Source of the DNA: Eledone cirrhosa
Lineage: Eukaryota
Direction of reading: 5' to 3'
NCBI GenBank assembly: GCA_964016885.1
Contig: OZ024742.1
Location: forward strand, 20,212,001 to 20,276,000
Length of the DNA: 64,000 nucleotides
Shown: in pieces, positions 1 through 13,200 of the stretch
How positions within the stretch are numbered: position 1 is the stretch's first letter
How the letters are laid out: each line of letters starts with the position of its first letter
The notes under the pieces: generated by a model
Database searches by the model: none
Told to the model about the DNA's origin: nothing
Seen by the model: the letters and a program-made list of their open reading frames with translations, nothing else
Position numbers and translations under genes: made by a program

Positions 1-33
1 TATCCAGTTCTGCGTTTACAGATTGACTTTGTT

Positions 34-84
34 AGTTTCAGAAGATCCCGTTAAGGGTGAAAGCAGCGATTCTTTGCTTAAACT
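34..84 (+). ncRNA. Degenerate type I hammerhead ribozyme motif (core variant CAGAAGA)
   Basis: agttt-CAGAAGA-t ccc gttaa ggg t-GAAA-gca(9 nt)tgc-TT-aaact. All three helices pair, but U4 is A. Confidence 0.4.
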
Positions 85-189
85 TTATTCTGTTATTTTA
101 ATAAATATTTGCTCAACGGTTTTTATATATTTGATATATATTTTCCTTATCGAGCCCTCTTTGGATTTTAGTCTTCAATTTTATTATTA

Positions 190-415
<226 letters not shown>

Positions 416-420
<5 letters not shown>

Positions 421-914
421 GTTATATTTAGGGAGGGTCATATTTGTGTAATATTCAAAGAATTCATAACAGAACACACTCACTGTTTGGTTGGTTTTCG
501 CTTTTCGCTTCTGTGTCTTTTATATCGGTAATCTAATTTATTCGGTCCTCAATGTCGCCATTGACTGACCAACGGAAAGATGGCGTAGAAAATACAAAGC
601 AACGGGAGGAAACAATAGCACCACTGACGATGTTGCAGATGTGCAATGAAAGAACTTTGATAAACTATATATATGTGTTTGTGTCTATATTGTATCTGTA
701 TTATTTTTGAGCGTTGGTCAGTCAATGGCAAATTGAGGACCGAATAAATTAGATTACCGATATAAAAGACATAGAAGCGAAAAACGAAAACCAACCAAAC
801 AGTGAGTGTGTTCTGTTATTAATTCTGGCAATATTACACAAATATGACCCTCCCCAAGTATAACAATATTTGTTTCGACACACGATTTCATATGAAAAAC
901 CTCGCAAAACTAAT
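416..914. mobile_element. Fold-back element between (TA)n tracts (family A)
   Basis: 416-574 is the reverse complement of ~712-869, with a 137-bp spacer. Arm-only copies occur at 14803-14963 and 17218-17374. Confidence 0.85.
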
Positions 915-926
915 TCATCGCCGTTA

Positions 927-973
<47 letters not shown>

Positions 974-1062
974 TATATATAGAGTTATAAACTCAAACAG
1001 TCTTTTACAATTAAATAGCTCAAAGAAAGAAGAGGTATTTCTGAGCCGTGTAATACAAATGA

Positions 1063-1246
1063 ATATATGATAAACACTAATACAAGTATATAAGTGTTTG
1101 TATTGCAAATGACCAAGTTAGCTAGATTGAAAAATACTAATTAAATTAATACAGTTTGCCTGTCTCGATTTAAAATAATAAATCAATAAAAACAAACCCA
1201 TATTGGCAATAGCCGTGATATACTTGTATTAGTGTTTATCATATAT
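1063..1246. repeat. Dispersed repeat with 29-bp terminal inverted repeat
   Basis: atatatgataaacactaatacaagtatat (1063-1091) is inverted at 1218-1246. The body matches 47459-47616 on the opposite strand. Confidence 0.7.
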
Positions 1247-1528
1247 ATATATATATATATATAAACATAAATTATTGAGATTCGCATTTCGGCCCACGAA
1301 ATAACGAAAAGCAACCTCCGAGATGTGCGGCAAGTGCTCAATGAACCAGAGATGAACCAGAGCTATAACAAACGTTAAAGGCCAAACACACTGAGACGAT
1401 GGTTAAACAATCATTCGCATAGCCAAAAAAAAAAACGATCAAGTAATTCGGGTATTGAAAATTTACCCGGACCCCTGGAAGGTTGGTAAAATCCAGTATA
1501 TGGGTTTCTGCGGCTCCTAAATCAAGTT

Positions 1529-1554
<26 letters not shown>

Positions 1555-1559
<5 letters not shown>

Positions 1560-1780
1560 TTCTATATTATTTTTGAGACATTTGAGGTAATCCTGGCCTA
1601 CAAAATGATTTTTCTTAAATTTTATGTTTTGTATGATAGAAATAATCCCATTTTCAAATTCCATTAATAATTTGTTGGAAGATGGATTCTTTTTGGATTT
1701 GAAGATTCTATCAAGATATTTTCTTTTCTATCAGATTTTTTATCAAAATCACGCCATCTAAGTCTTCTTATAAACGAGTC
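1555..1780 (-). pseudogene. Penelope-like retroelement ORF N-terminal fragment
   Basis: Minus-strand translation with one frameshift: DSFIRRLRWRDF...IFKSKKNPSSNKLLMEFENGIISIIQNIKFKK. This resembles the 'IKRMRWKA...FKS..PP...L..FE.DL..LI.NIKF' region preceding the RT in invertebrate PLEs (recognised from memory). Confidence 0.7.
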
Positions 1781-2088
1781 TTTCTCTTTCTCTTTCTTCT
1801 CTCTCCCTCTCACTACTCTTTCTCCCTCTTTTTTTCAATATTTTTTCAATATTCTTTTCTCTCTCCCTCTCAATACTTTTTCTTTCTCTCTCCATCTTAA
1901 TATTTGTTCTTTCCTTCAATCTCTCTCAATATTATATCTTTTCCCTTTTTTCTTCTATCTCTCTCTTTCTCTTTCTATTCTCTTCTCTCTGCCATCTCAC
2001 TATTCTATCTCCCTCCCTTTCAATATATTTCTTCTCTCTATCTCTCTCCCTCTCAACTTTTTTCTCTCTATCTCTCTCCTTCTCAATT

Positions 2089-3268
2089 TTTTGTCTCTCT
2101 CCCTTTTACATCTATCTTGTCTCTCTCCCTTTTACATCTATCTTGTCTCTCTCCCTTTTACATCTATCTTGTCTCCCCCTTTTATATCTATCTTGTCTCT
2201 CTCCCTTTTACATCTATCTTGTCTCTCCCTTTTACATCTATCTTGTCTCTCTCCCTTTTACATCTATCTTGTCTCTCCCTTTTACATCTATCTTGTCTCT
2301 CTCCTTTTTACATCTATCTTGTCTCTCTCCCTTTTACATCTATCTTGTCTCTCCCTTTTACATCTATCTTGTCTCTCTCCCTTTTACATCTATCTTGTCT
2401 CTCTCCTTTTTACATCTATCTTGTCTCTCTCCCTTTTACATCTATCTTGTCTCTCTCCCTTTTACATCTATCTTGTCTCTCTCCCTTTTACATCTATCTT
2501 GTCTCTCCCTTTTACATCTATCTTGTCTCTCTGCCTTTTACATCTATCTTGTCTCTCTCCCTTTTACATCTATCTTGTCTCTCTCCCTTTTACATCTATC
2601 TTGTCTCTCTCCCTTTTACATCTATCTTGTCTCTCCCTTTTACATCTATCTTGTCTCTCTGCCTTTTACATCTATCTTGTCTCTCTCCCTTTTACATCTA
2701 TCTTGTCTCTCTCCCTTTTACATCTATCTTGTCTCTCCCTTTTACATCTATCTTGTCTCTCCCTTTTACATCTATCTTGTCTCTCTGCCTTTTACATCTA
2801 TCTTGTCTCTCTCCCTTTTACATCTATCTTGTCTCTCTCCCTTTTACATCTATCTTGTCTCTCTCCCTTTTACATCTATCTTGTCTCTCCCTTTTACATC
2901 TATCTTGTCTCTCTGCCTTTTACATCTATCTTGTCCCTCTCCCTTTTACATCTATCTTGTCTCTCTCCCTTTTACATCTATCTTGTCTCTCTCCCTTTTA
3001 CATCTATCGTGTCTCTCTCCCTTTTACATCTATCTTGTCTCTCTCCCTTTTACATCTATCTTGTCTCTCTCCCTTTTACATCTATCTTGTCTCTCTCCCT
3101 TTTACATCTATCTTGTCTCTCCCTTTTACATCTATCTTGTCTCTCTGCCTTTTACATCTATCTTGTCTCTCTCCCCTTTACATCTATCTTGTCTCTCTCC
3201 CTTTTACATCTATCTTGTCTTTCTCCCTTTTACATCTATCTTGTCTCTCTCCCTTTTACATCTATCTT
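2089..3268. repeat. 26-bp (24-bp variant) minisatellite TTGTCTCTCTCCCTTTTACATCTATC
   Basis: About 45 near-identical units; all three + frames are open only because the unit lacks stop codons. Confidence 0.97.
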
Positions 3269-3424
3269 CTTCCAACCGTTGTTTTTTCAATTTTTCCGAC
3301 ACTCATTTCCATACTCACTCACTAATTTTTATCACCCTCAATTATCTCCACTATCCAGCGAATTTCAACCGTTGAGGTTGTCTTTTTTCCGGGTATGTCA
3401 ATATTTATTTATAAAACAAATCTG

Positions 3425-3490
3425 TATTTTATCTGATGAAAGCGCACCATAATTTACCTTGGTTGCCCTTGAAATATATATAATAAAATA
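3425..3490 (+). ncRNA. Minimal type I hammerhead ribozyme motif
   Basis: tattttat-CTGATGA-aagcgcacca...tggttgccctt-GAAA-tatata-TA-ataaaata. Helix I is 8 bp, helix II is imperfect, helix III is palindromic. Confidence 0.75.
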
Positions 3491-3582
3491 ATTATGGTTT
3501 TATAAATATAGTTTCCATTTATTAATATATTGTGTATATTTATATATATATATATATATTTATATATACATATATATTTATA

Positions 3583-3679
<97 letters not shown>

Positions 3680-3699
3680 TTATATATTATATATATATA

Positions 3700-3738
<39 letters not shown>

Positions 3739-3740
<2 letters not shown>

Positions 3741-3873
3741 CGGAAGAAATGTGGTAAGGAACCAGGTGGACCATAACGCACCAAAGTACTCAATACTTAG
3801 GGTAGTAGAGTGGGTAATAGGAACGAGTAGGACCCCGACGGCTGAGCTCAAGCCGTTTCGACGGCTAATTCTG

Positions 3874-3878
<5 letters not shown>
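3739..3878 (-). mobile_element. Family B short element in (TA)n; begins with the 3' half of a hammerhead
   Basis: Minus strand reads ...agccgtc-GAAA-cggct tgagctc agccg-TC-ggggtc. Homologous to 46262-46385 and 51763-51967. Confidence 0.75.
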
Positions 3879-3961
<83 letters not shown>

Positions 3962-4012
3962 ATATAAATAAATAAATATATATATATATATAAATAAATA
4001 TATATATATATT

Positions 4013-4071
<59 letters not shown>

Positions 4072-4083
4072 ATATATATTTAC

Positions 4084-4206
<123 letters not shown>

Positions 4207-4709
4207 CTAAGTTAAGGTATTATAGCATATATCTTTGATGATTAAGTTATATACATCTATATATATATATATATATATAGATAGATAGATATATAAGAGA
4301 GGCGATAAAGCGAGAGAAAGAGAGTGAAATAGATCGATAGATCGATCTATAGATAGATAAATAGAGTGAGAGTGAGAGTGAATGTAAGACTTCAATCTAT
4401 CAAGTATATAACAGACACCCTTGATTGCTGACACAGCTAAACTAAATCGATTATAACTGACACAGTTAAACTCTATCGATTATGTTAATGATGATTTCAT
4501 AATCACAAAGCTTCATATGTATGAAGCTTCAGTGTGTGGGGGACACACACCCAGATGACCATATATAGAAAATAGCATTGTACATTTTGTGGTATACCCG
4601 GGTCACTGTTTATAAGAAACAACGTTGTATGTATTGTTGTACCCTGATCACCATATCTAGAATATAGTGTGTATGTGTTGTGGTGTATCCAGTTCTCTAT
4701 ATAAGAATA

Positions 4710-5209
4710 GTAGCTGATGTACCCAGCTTCTCCCGGGTAAACATATGATAGGTGAAGTCTAGAAGAGAAAACGACTGTAGTGGATGCGTTGTTTGGTTTA
4801 CCGTATCAGACCTGCCAACTTCTAAAAACCCAAACGAGGAGGACAAAGAAAAAAAGTGCCCTAAAAGGTAGAGAAATGAGGCAAAATGGGGAGATTTTAC
4901 ATAAAGCAAGCTATACCCATTTTCACAAAGTGAATGGGAGATTTTCACAAAGTGAGTTGACAGGTCTGAAGTATGAGGCGAGACCCTGGTGTGTGTGTGT
5001 GTGTGTGACAAAAAAACAAAACAAAGAAAAAACAGTAAACAATCTTCCAGATACACCAAACTTTTCGTTTTACCGTTCGTGCAAAGTATATGAAGATTTC
5101 TAGGTGTCCCCATTCTCGAACAAGCTACATATAACTGTCCATGGGTAAAAAGCGATTCTCTTGTTTTCAATCCATTGAAACTGCGACTCTGAGCTTTATT
5201 TATGGTCAT
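4710..5209 (-). mobile_element. Helitron 3' fragment: PIF1-type helicase C-terminus plus 3' terminus
   Basis: MTINKAQ...FTHGQLYVACSRMG matches helicase motifs V/VI. The minus-strand end 'acccgggagaagctgggtacatcagctac' resembles the hairpin + CTAG end seen at 46595. Confidence 0.85.
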
Positions 5210-5494
5210 ACCTGTAGTGTACCCGGATCACAATATATAGAAAATAGCGGCGTATGTGTCGTATATATAGAGTATAGTGGTGTATCTGCAGTTGTGTACC
5301 AGGAACCTCAGATATACAAGATAGCGGTGTATGTGTTGTTGTGTACCCTATTTACTTTATAGTGAAAATAGCGGTGTATGAGATGTTGTGTAACCGGATC
5401 CTTAGATATAGAAGATAGTAGTATATGTATTGTGGTCTACCCGGATCCTCAGATGTAGAATATGGCCTTGTACGTGTTGCAGTGTACAAGGATC

Positions 5495-5772
5495 CAGGGT
5501 TGGATTTAGATCTTGGGGGCGGGGAACATCAGGTTAGGGGACCCCATCATACACAAACACTTAGAATATACAACAACCCCCCAATTTTACATACAAAAGT
5601 TAGCTTGGCGCAAGTGACAGGAATTGAAAAATTATACATACAGGTATCAAATTAAACAATTCTAACCACCCTAAAACTAAAAAGCCTAGGTGAGGGCGCA
5701 AATAAATTGCTATAGCCGTCGCTGGTAGGACACACAACTGCCTCATCCCCTGCCCCATTAAATCCAGCCCAA
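5495..5772. mobile_element. MITE-like insertion (hAT-like ends)
   Basis: Terminal inverted repeats gggttggattta / taaatccagccc interrupt the minisatellite. Confidence 0.55.
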
Positions 5773-6953
5773 CCCGGATGACCATATATAGAATATAGCG
5801 ATATATTTGCAGAGGTATACTTTGATCCTCAGAGCGGTGTACGATCTGTGGTGTACTTGGTTCACTATATAAAGGAGATAAAATTAGTAGTTTAAGTGGT
5901 GTGCTGGTGTGCTCGTATCGTTCATCATTTATTTATTGTAAACTATTGGTACAGAGTATATTATCGATCTAGATTGGTGACAGGCAATACATGTCTGCTT
6001 TCCAGTTCTTCTAAGCAGAAATAACTAAAATAATTCTTACTCTCGGGTCTCCAATAATCACCCCCACCTGCTTATTAATTTTTGTGGTATCATTCCTGAA
6101 ACAATTAATTTTCTTTAGACATTAAAAAACATTATACATAACAAAAAAGTAAATTACTAGAAATCCCAGACGTTATAAATAGGATGCGTTGGGGCCTCAA
6201 TATGTAAAAAACCCACTAATTCTGTTTTTTTTTAAAATTCAACGCAGACAACCTAGAAAAATAACTGACCCATCTCCGCTTATTCTACTTCCGCTTATGA
6301 AATGTTGGAAGTTGTATATACCAAAACAAAACACTATTAAAAGGATTAAAAAAGGGAAATGAAAAGTAGGGGAAAAAAAAGAATCAAGCAGAGAAAGACA
6401 GGCAGAGTGCGGGGGGCACTGCCACCCGGTCTGAGCGGGGCCTCAACGGCTCCCCGACCAGACAAAATGGCCAGAGATGCTCACCGTATTTCTAATTTTC
6501 ATTTTTTATTGTATTAATTGAATACGTTGAGTCGGTACATCAAGGCTCTTGTTACTGAGGGATTATCGATGTAATCCTATCGATTACTCCTATTGATTTA
6601 ATCCTATCTCTAGATTTGTTTTCTGCTTGTGCCTCACTCAACTTTGAAATAACACAGTCTACCCCACTGAAATTAGGTAATGGGGGCCAGAAACTGTGAA
6701 GGTGTAAACAGTAGTAACACTGCGAAATATACGAGTGTTTCATTAGAAACCATTACTTTGATCAATTACTCCGTTCTGTATGTATCAACACTCCGGATAG
6801 TGTTATCAAGATTTCCTGGTAAATTGTAACACAGCCATCACTACTGATCTTTGGAGATAAAAAAATGAAAGCCAAAAGTGATCTAACTACAGTCTTACGT
6901 GGGAGGTGTTTGGTGAGGGAACCCCAAACTGTTATAAGGTCGTAATATAAATA

Positions 6954-7004
6954 TAAAAACAAATAACGAAACGAAATTAAATTTCGTTTCGTTATTTGTT
7001 TTTA
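6954..7004. repeat. Perfect 25-bp-arm hairpin at the 5' edge of the HHR-bearing element
   Basis: taaaaacaaataacgaaacgaaatt-a-aatttcgtttcgttatttgttttta. Confidence 0.85.
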
Positions 7005-7038
7005 TCGTCTCCGCTGAACCGGTACGTACTCACGCTCT

Positions 7039-7046
7039 ATGCAAAT
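7039..7046 (+). promoter_or_regulatory. Octamer ATGCAAAT 100 bp upstream of the HHR core
   Basis: The same motif lies at similar spacing at 8785, 16903(-), 41019 and 40900(-). Confidence 0.5.
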
Positions 7047-7103
7047 TAGTCTGCCCACTACTAATTTTCATAGAAAAAGCATATAACGATATGTGCTTTT
7101 ACG

Positions 7104-7199
7104 ATTCTCTAGAAAGGCCGGAAGATAGGTAAATATTGCTGATGAGATGTAACAACATCGAAACTAGTCCAATATTCCTTGTCTGGCTTTCTGGAGAAT
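7104..7199 (+). ncRNA. Type I hammerhead ribozyme, fully canonical core, extended helix I
   Basis: aatattg-CTGATGA-gatgt aaca acatc-GAAA-ctag-TC-caatatt (7132-7176). Predicted GUC cleavage after 7169. Helix I extends via ttctctagaaaggccgga / tctggctttctggagaa. Confidence 0.92.
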
Positions 7200-7424
7200 A
7201 GAGGAAAGGTGTTTCCTCGAAAACCAGTATGACTCTAAAAACCGGTTTGTCTGTGTGTTTAGATACAGAATAGCTGGACACTCACAGTAAAGTGTCCAGT
7301 GAAAAACTCGGTACATCTACATATGTACACGTGTGTGTATTCATATGCATACTAGTATTTCAGTATACATATGTGGATGTACATTTTTAACTTAATTAAT
7401 ATAAATATACTCCTCTACCTTCTA

Positions 7425-7473
7425 TCACGGGACCCCAGACACGCCTTTGCAGAACCCACTTTGGGGACCACTG
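7425..7473 (-). mobile_element. hAT (Charlie-like) terminal fragment
   Basis: Minus strand starts cagtggtccccaaagtgggttctgc, typical of a Charlie-type TIR; no partner end found. Confidence 0.4.
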
Positions 7474-7934
7474 GCCTGGACAGTGGGGTAGAACGCTCTT
7501 TGACATGCAGAATCCCAGACACAAACCTCCACATGGTTCCAGTAGTCAGAATAGCACCGAAAAGAAGGATTGGACCCTTCTGGCTTCCATCTTTGTAAAA
7601 ATAAACAGAAAATAGCCATCCAGTGATACATCTTGACATTGAAAAACAACAAAAAATCAATTGATTTATTCGGTCATCTGACAAATAAGAGATCGATAAA
7701 GGAATATATATGTCAATCGACCTGTGTCTTTTAATATTTCCCATGTACTTTATCAATAGATAGATTTCTTTTGTCGTATGTGAAGATCAATGTCAACAGA
7801 GCAAGCTGTCCATTGTTTACGACGATAGATTAGTTCAAGATATTTGTCTTATATTTAATCAGAGGCAAATACTGACGTTTTAAACAAATTTATATTTTTC
7901 CGCTGATTTAATAACATTCCAGGACAATACCGCT

Positions 7935-8500
7935 AGACAACGAAACATGCACACATACATAGAAACATACACATACACACATATATACACACACAGAGAA
8001 ACACATACATACACACATACATAGAAACACATATAGACAGACATACGTACACATACACACACAGACAGACGCACACATACACAGTACAGACAGACACACA
8101 CACACAAACAGACACATACATAAACACAGACGCGTAAACACACAGACACACATAGACGGACATACACACATATATACACAGACAGACATACACATACATA
8201 CACTCACACAGACATACACATACACGCACACTCACATGCACGCACACACACGGACACACATTCACGTATACATACACTGACGCCTACATCCACACACCCA
8301 CACATACCCACACAGTCAGAGAACGACGCACACACACACACACTCACACAAACAAACAGATGCACACGCAGCCACACACTCAGACGCACACACACATACA
8401 CAGATGCACGCACACAAACATACACAGATGCACGCACACACACACAGACGCACATATACAGCCACTTAGACAGACTGACACACACACATACAAACATATG
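7935..8500. repeat. Degenerate (CA)n-rich microsatellite
   Basis: Direct reading. Similar tracts at 10670-11415, 50820-51420 (GT) and 52950-53285. Confidence 0.95.
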
Positions 8501-8672
8501 ACAGCTGCAGCTTGATAACTTCTGTCTTCGCCATTTGGTGGCTAGTGCCGTCCATGTTATCGGGACTGCAGGCCGGGACCTGCTATAAGCCTGAAGTCCT
8601 TGTTGTGACTTGACAGATTACTAAATACTCTGGCACATTAATCTTCGACACTGCTTGACTAAATGAGAATAC

Positions 8673-9060
8673 AAACATACCGTATTTCTTTAGAAATACG
8701 ACATTCCATAAATATCTGTATACAGCTATGCTCAAAGCTACATTCTGATTCTATTCTAAGTTGAACCAAATTATACAGCTTCATATGCAAATGAGATTAA
8801 TCACCTCGTTTACACAGACGAGAAATCTATATATTCTCGCCCGTTTTCAAGTCCAGCAGTTGCAAGAGCGGGAGGGATCGTCCCGATGAGAACCAATTCA
8901 GTTCGAAATGCATCGACGATTGACCCCCTTGATTCTGCTGGACACCGACAGTGTTTTTGCCTAGCTACGGCTTTCTAAATGTTTATCTATAAACATACCG
9001 TATTTCTTTAGAAATACGAAATTTCAATACAGCTATGCTCGAAGCTAAATCCTAATTCTC
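8673..9060 (+). mobile_element. Partial tandem (retrozyme-like) unit, 318-bp period
   Basis: aaacataccgtatttctttagaaatacga...tacagctatgctc occurs at 8673 and 8991, enclosing an octamer and an HHR. Confidence 0.7.
8851..8943 (+). ncRNA. Type I hammerhead ribozyme motif, core variant CCGAUGA
   Basis: gatcgtc-CCGATGA-gaac caattca gttc-GAAA-tgca-TC-gacgatt (8876-8921). Outer helix gtccagcag/ctgctggac. Confidence 0.82.
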
Positions 9061-9068
9061 TCCCCACT

Positions 9069-9143
<75 letters not shown>

Positions 9144-9199
9144 ATATCAAAGAGTTGACTGTAACTCATTCCGTAGAGCTTGCCACTTGGTTGTCAAGC

Positions 9200-9395
9200 A
9201 TTCCTTTGTGGGCCTTGGGACCTTGTACATGTTGTTCAAGAACCTGCCGATTATGCTGGAATTCTCATTGAAGCAGTCCCGGTATTTATTTTTTCGAATT
9301 GAATCCGATAATTCAATCAGCAGCATCATAGACGACTTCGGCAAGGATTTGAACTCAGAACGTAAAGGAATGTAACTATATAATTGAAGGACACA
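9200..9395 (-). mobile_element. Degenerate tRNA-derived SINE
   Basis: ggatttgaactcagaacgtaaag is the reverse complement of the SINE B-box region. Confidence 0.6.
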
Positions 9396-9414
9396 CCGAA
9401 ACCTTTTCAACACC

Positions 9415-9850
9415 CTACATCACCACCACAACCACCACCGCCACCAACAACAACTTATAAAACACCCCCAACATCACCATCATACCTGCTGCCAACAACA
9501 ATACCTGGATAGAACACCCCCGCTTTCTCCCTATAAGAACGACCTCTAACATATTCCCATCCAGCAACCCCACCAACATCCTCGCCAACATCCCGACACT
9601 AACAACAACAATGACCCCTCAGAACATTGCTTCCCCACCACTGACAACAAAATCCCCCAACCCACCCTAGAGCATCCCTCCTCCACCACTAACCACAACA
9701 ATAGCCCCATCCCCACCCTAGAGCATCCCTCCTCCACCACTAACCACAACAATAACCCACCCCCACCCTAGAGCACCCTTCCCCCACCACTAACCACAAC
9801 AATATCTCCTCTTCCACCACTAACAATAACAACAACAGCAACAAGATACA
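9415..9850. repeat. CAA/CAC-rich low-complexity tract with a 51-bp triple tandem (9660-9810)
   Basis: cccaccctagagcatccctcctccaccactaaccacaacaata repeated about 3 times. Confidence 0.85.
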
Positions 9851-10094
9851 ATGACCACTGTACAGTGAGTGAATTTAGTGAATGTCACAGTTAACTGTGG
9901 CAAGAAATCCCAAGGTAAAAACATTCAAAAAGAAAAGAGAACAAAAAATGAAAGAAATTGTCTGTAAAACAATAGATTGTCTAAAAATACGACAAAATAA
10001 ATACAAAACTAAAAATAAAATATAGCTAGACAATAAAACAATAAAATAAGAAAATAAGAAAATAATAAGATAGCTTAAAAGTAAAATAGTGAAA

Positions 10095-10440
10095 TAGCAT
10101 TGGAATGTCTGAAGACATGGCCAGAAGCAAATATTTTCTCACTTCAATGTTGATCTAACCAATATTCCAATATTGTCTTTACTGATGACTCTCTTTGTTC
10201 TCCTTTTGTCCTTCCTTCTCTATTTTCTCTGTCATCTATTTTAGAAGAAGAACATTCTTTTAAACTAAAAATGCCCATTGCAGTCTATAAACAGATCAGC
10301 TAATATTAGTACAGCAAACTTTTACATCACTTTCTCAGACTATATTGGTGGTCAGTAGTGTATCTAAGATAAGAACCGTCCTTGGAAGCAGCTTTTAATA
10401 CACATGTTTGGCTCCAATCTTTTATTTTTCTTCTAATGTC
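10095..10440 (-). mobile_element. Possible highly degenerate RTE 3' relic
   Basis: Minus-strand peptides '...REGRTKGEQRE...GHVFRHS' loosely resemble RTE C-termini; many stops. Confidence 0.3.
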
Positions 10441-10588
10441 TGATGCTATTTCTGTCTTCTGAAGATTTACTCTCTCCTCTCACTCTCTCTCACCCTCTAT
10501 ATCACCCGTTCCTTTCTCTTTCCCCGTCTCTTTCTCTCACTCTATCTCTCTCAAACTGTCTCTTGTTGATTTTCCACTGTTGACACAT

Positions 10589-10648
10589 TTTCTTCTTCTT
10601 CTTCTTCTTCTTCTTCTTCTTCTTCTTCTTCTTCTTCTTCTTCTTCTT
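10589..10648. repeat. (TTC)n microsatellite
   Basis: Direct reading. Confidence 0.97.
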
Positions 10649-11267
10649 GGCGTATTTTGTCGTTGGAAGTACACACACAGAAACACGCACAACAACCACT
10701 TCTAACACACACACATAAAGACACACATACACACACACACGCACCCCTCTCTTATACCCTCACACATGCACACACACACACACACACATGCTCATATATC
10801 ACATATACAAATGTACACACACACACAAATACATATATACATATATAAAGAACGGATACATAGACAGACATACAGTTAGAGTTTCAAATACATACAGGAT
10901 AACAGATATACATATACACACGTACACACATACACACATACACACATACATTCATACACATACATACATACACACACACACAAATACATGTAAACATATA
11001 AAACAGATGAATGGATAGACACAAACACATACAAGATTAACAGATACACATATATACACATACATACACACACACATACGCACTCATAAACACATACATA
11101 CGCATACACACACATACACACACATACACAAATACAAATACACATACACACAGTAACATACACATGCATATACACACAAACACACATATATATATATATA
11201 CACACGCGCACACACATATACACACATACACACATATATGCACACATATGCACATATACACACACAT

Positions 11268-11307
<40 letters not shown>

Positions 11308-11837
11308 TCACTTACATAAATAAACACACACGCACACATGCATAGATATGCATGCCATTACATAAATACACACATACACATAAATACACGCACTTACATA
11401 AATACACGCACACACTGGTCTATTATCTAAACAGTTCGAAGTATTTAGATTTAATTAATCTATGATTTTCCGTTTTATATTAATGAATAATTAATTTATT
11501 TTCCCGAAAAATATATATTTCACACTTCAAAATAGTAAAGTTGACAACCATTAACAGCTATGATGTAAAAACTGACTTCAAAGGGCGATGAATATATTTT
11601 TAATCAGCGTTTTAAAGCATCTTAATGCTGAGATATATATTTTAATTAACTCTTGTGAAAATGATAGCTAATTAGTAGTAACAAACAACACGTGAATTAA
11701 AATTACTATGTGTTACATCACATGTCATTTAATACATGTAGGGGCGGTGGAACTGGGGGGGCGGGCACAGGGCTCCATGACCCCTCCCTCTTTCAATGAT
11801 TATATTTTTCTCCCCAAACTACCAAAACACATCTATT

Positions 11838-13052
11838 TGGATATATACATGTTATGTTACATTGATATATACACGTTATGTAACATGGATATGTACATGT
11901 TATATTACATGGATATGTACATGTTATGTCACATGGATATGTACATGTTATGTAACATGGATATGTACATGTTATGTTACATGGATATATACATGTTATG
12001 TTACATGGATATGTACATGTTATGTCACATGGATATGTACATGTTATGTTACATGGATATATACACGTTATGTCACATGGATATATACACGTTATGTCAC
12101 ATGGATATATGCACGTTATGTAACATGGATATATACATGTTATGTTACATGGATATATACACGTTATGTAACATGGATATATGCACGTTATGTAACATGG
12201 ATATATACATGTTATGTTACATGGATATATACACGTTATGTCACATGGATATGTACATGTTATGTAACATGGATACGTACATGTTATGTTACATGGATAT
12301 ATACACGTTATGTCACATGGATATATACATGTTATGTTACATGGATATATACACGTTATGTAACATGGATATATGCACGTTATGTAACATGGATATATAC
12401 ATGTTATGTTACATGGATATATACACGTTATGTCACATGGATATGTACATGTTATGTAACATGGATATGTACATGTTATGTTACATGGATATGTACATGT
12501 TATGTTACATGGATATATACATGTTATGTTACATGGATATATGCACGTTATGTAACATGGATATATACATGTTATGTTACATGGATATATACACGTTATG
12601 TAACATGGATATGTACATGTTATGTTACATGGATATATACATGTTATGTAACATATATATATATATACATGTTATGTAACATGTATATATACATGTCATG
12701 TGACATGTATATGTCCATATTATGTTACATGAATATATATACATGTTATGTAACATGGATATATACATGTTATGTAACATGGATATTTACATGTTATGTT
12801 ACATGGATATATACACGTTATGTAACATGGATATATACATGTTATGTAACATGGATATGTACATGTTATGTTACATGGATATATACATGTTATGTAACAT
12901 ATATATATATATATACATGTTATGTAACATGTATATATACATGTCATGTGACATGTATATGTCCATATTATGTTACATGTATATATATACATGTTATGTA
13001 ACATGGATATATATACATGTCATCTAACATGTATATATCCATGTTAGGTAAC

Positions 13053-13138
<86 letters not shown>

Positions 13139-13200
13139 GTTATGTTATATGTACATATACATGTTATGTAACATGTATATGTATATGTACATGTACATAT
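11838..13200. repeat. 24-bp minisatellite TTATGTAACATGGATATATACATG
   Basis: About 50 units; the 8-aa periodic ORFs are artefacts. Confidence 0.97.

Larger units (their letters stand above)
4545..5870. repeat. Degenerate ~43-bp minisatellite (ATATAGAAAATAGCGGTGTATGTGTTGTGGTGTACCCGGATC-like), interrupted by insertions
   Basis: The unit recurs at 4550-4710, 5200-5495 and 5772-5870. Confidence 0.7.

Noticed and set aside
985-1055. Peptide LNSSKKEEVFLS resembling a PLE GIY-YIG C-terminus
   Set aside because: Too short and divergent to support.
1904-3452. Three overlapping 410-473 aa ORFs
   Set aside because: They are translations of a stop-free 26-bp minisatellite.
6050-6960. Short minus-strand ORFs and a GC-rich patch
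   Set aside because: No recognisable motif; probably a decayed repeat that I cannot assign.
7475-7600. Possible minus-strand host exon after a pyrimidine tract
   Set aside because: Weak acceptor, no recognisable peptide, no donor, and it runs into a transposon end.
11708-13027. Long Cys/Met/Tyr-rich periodic ORFs
   Set aside because: 24-bp minisatellite artefact.
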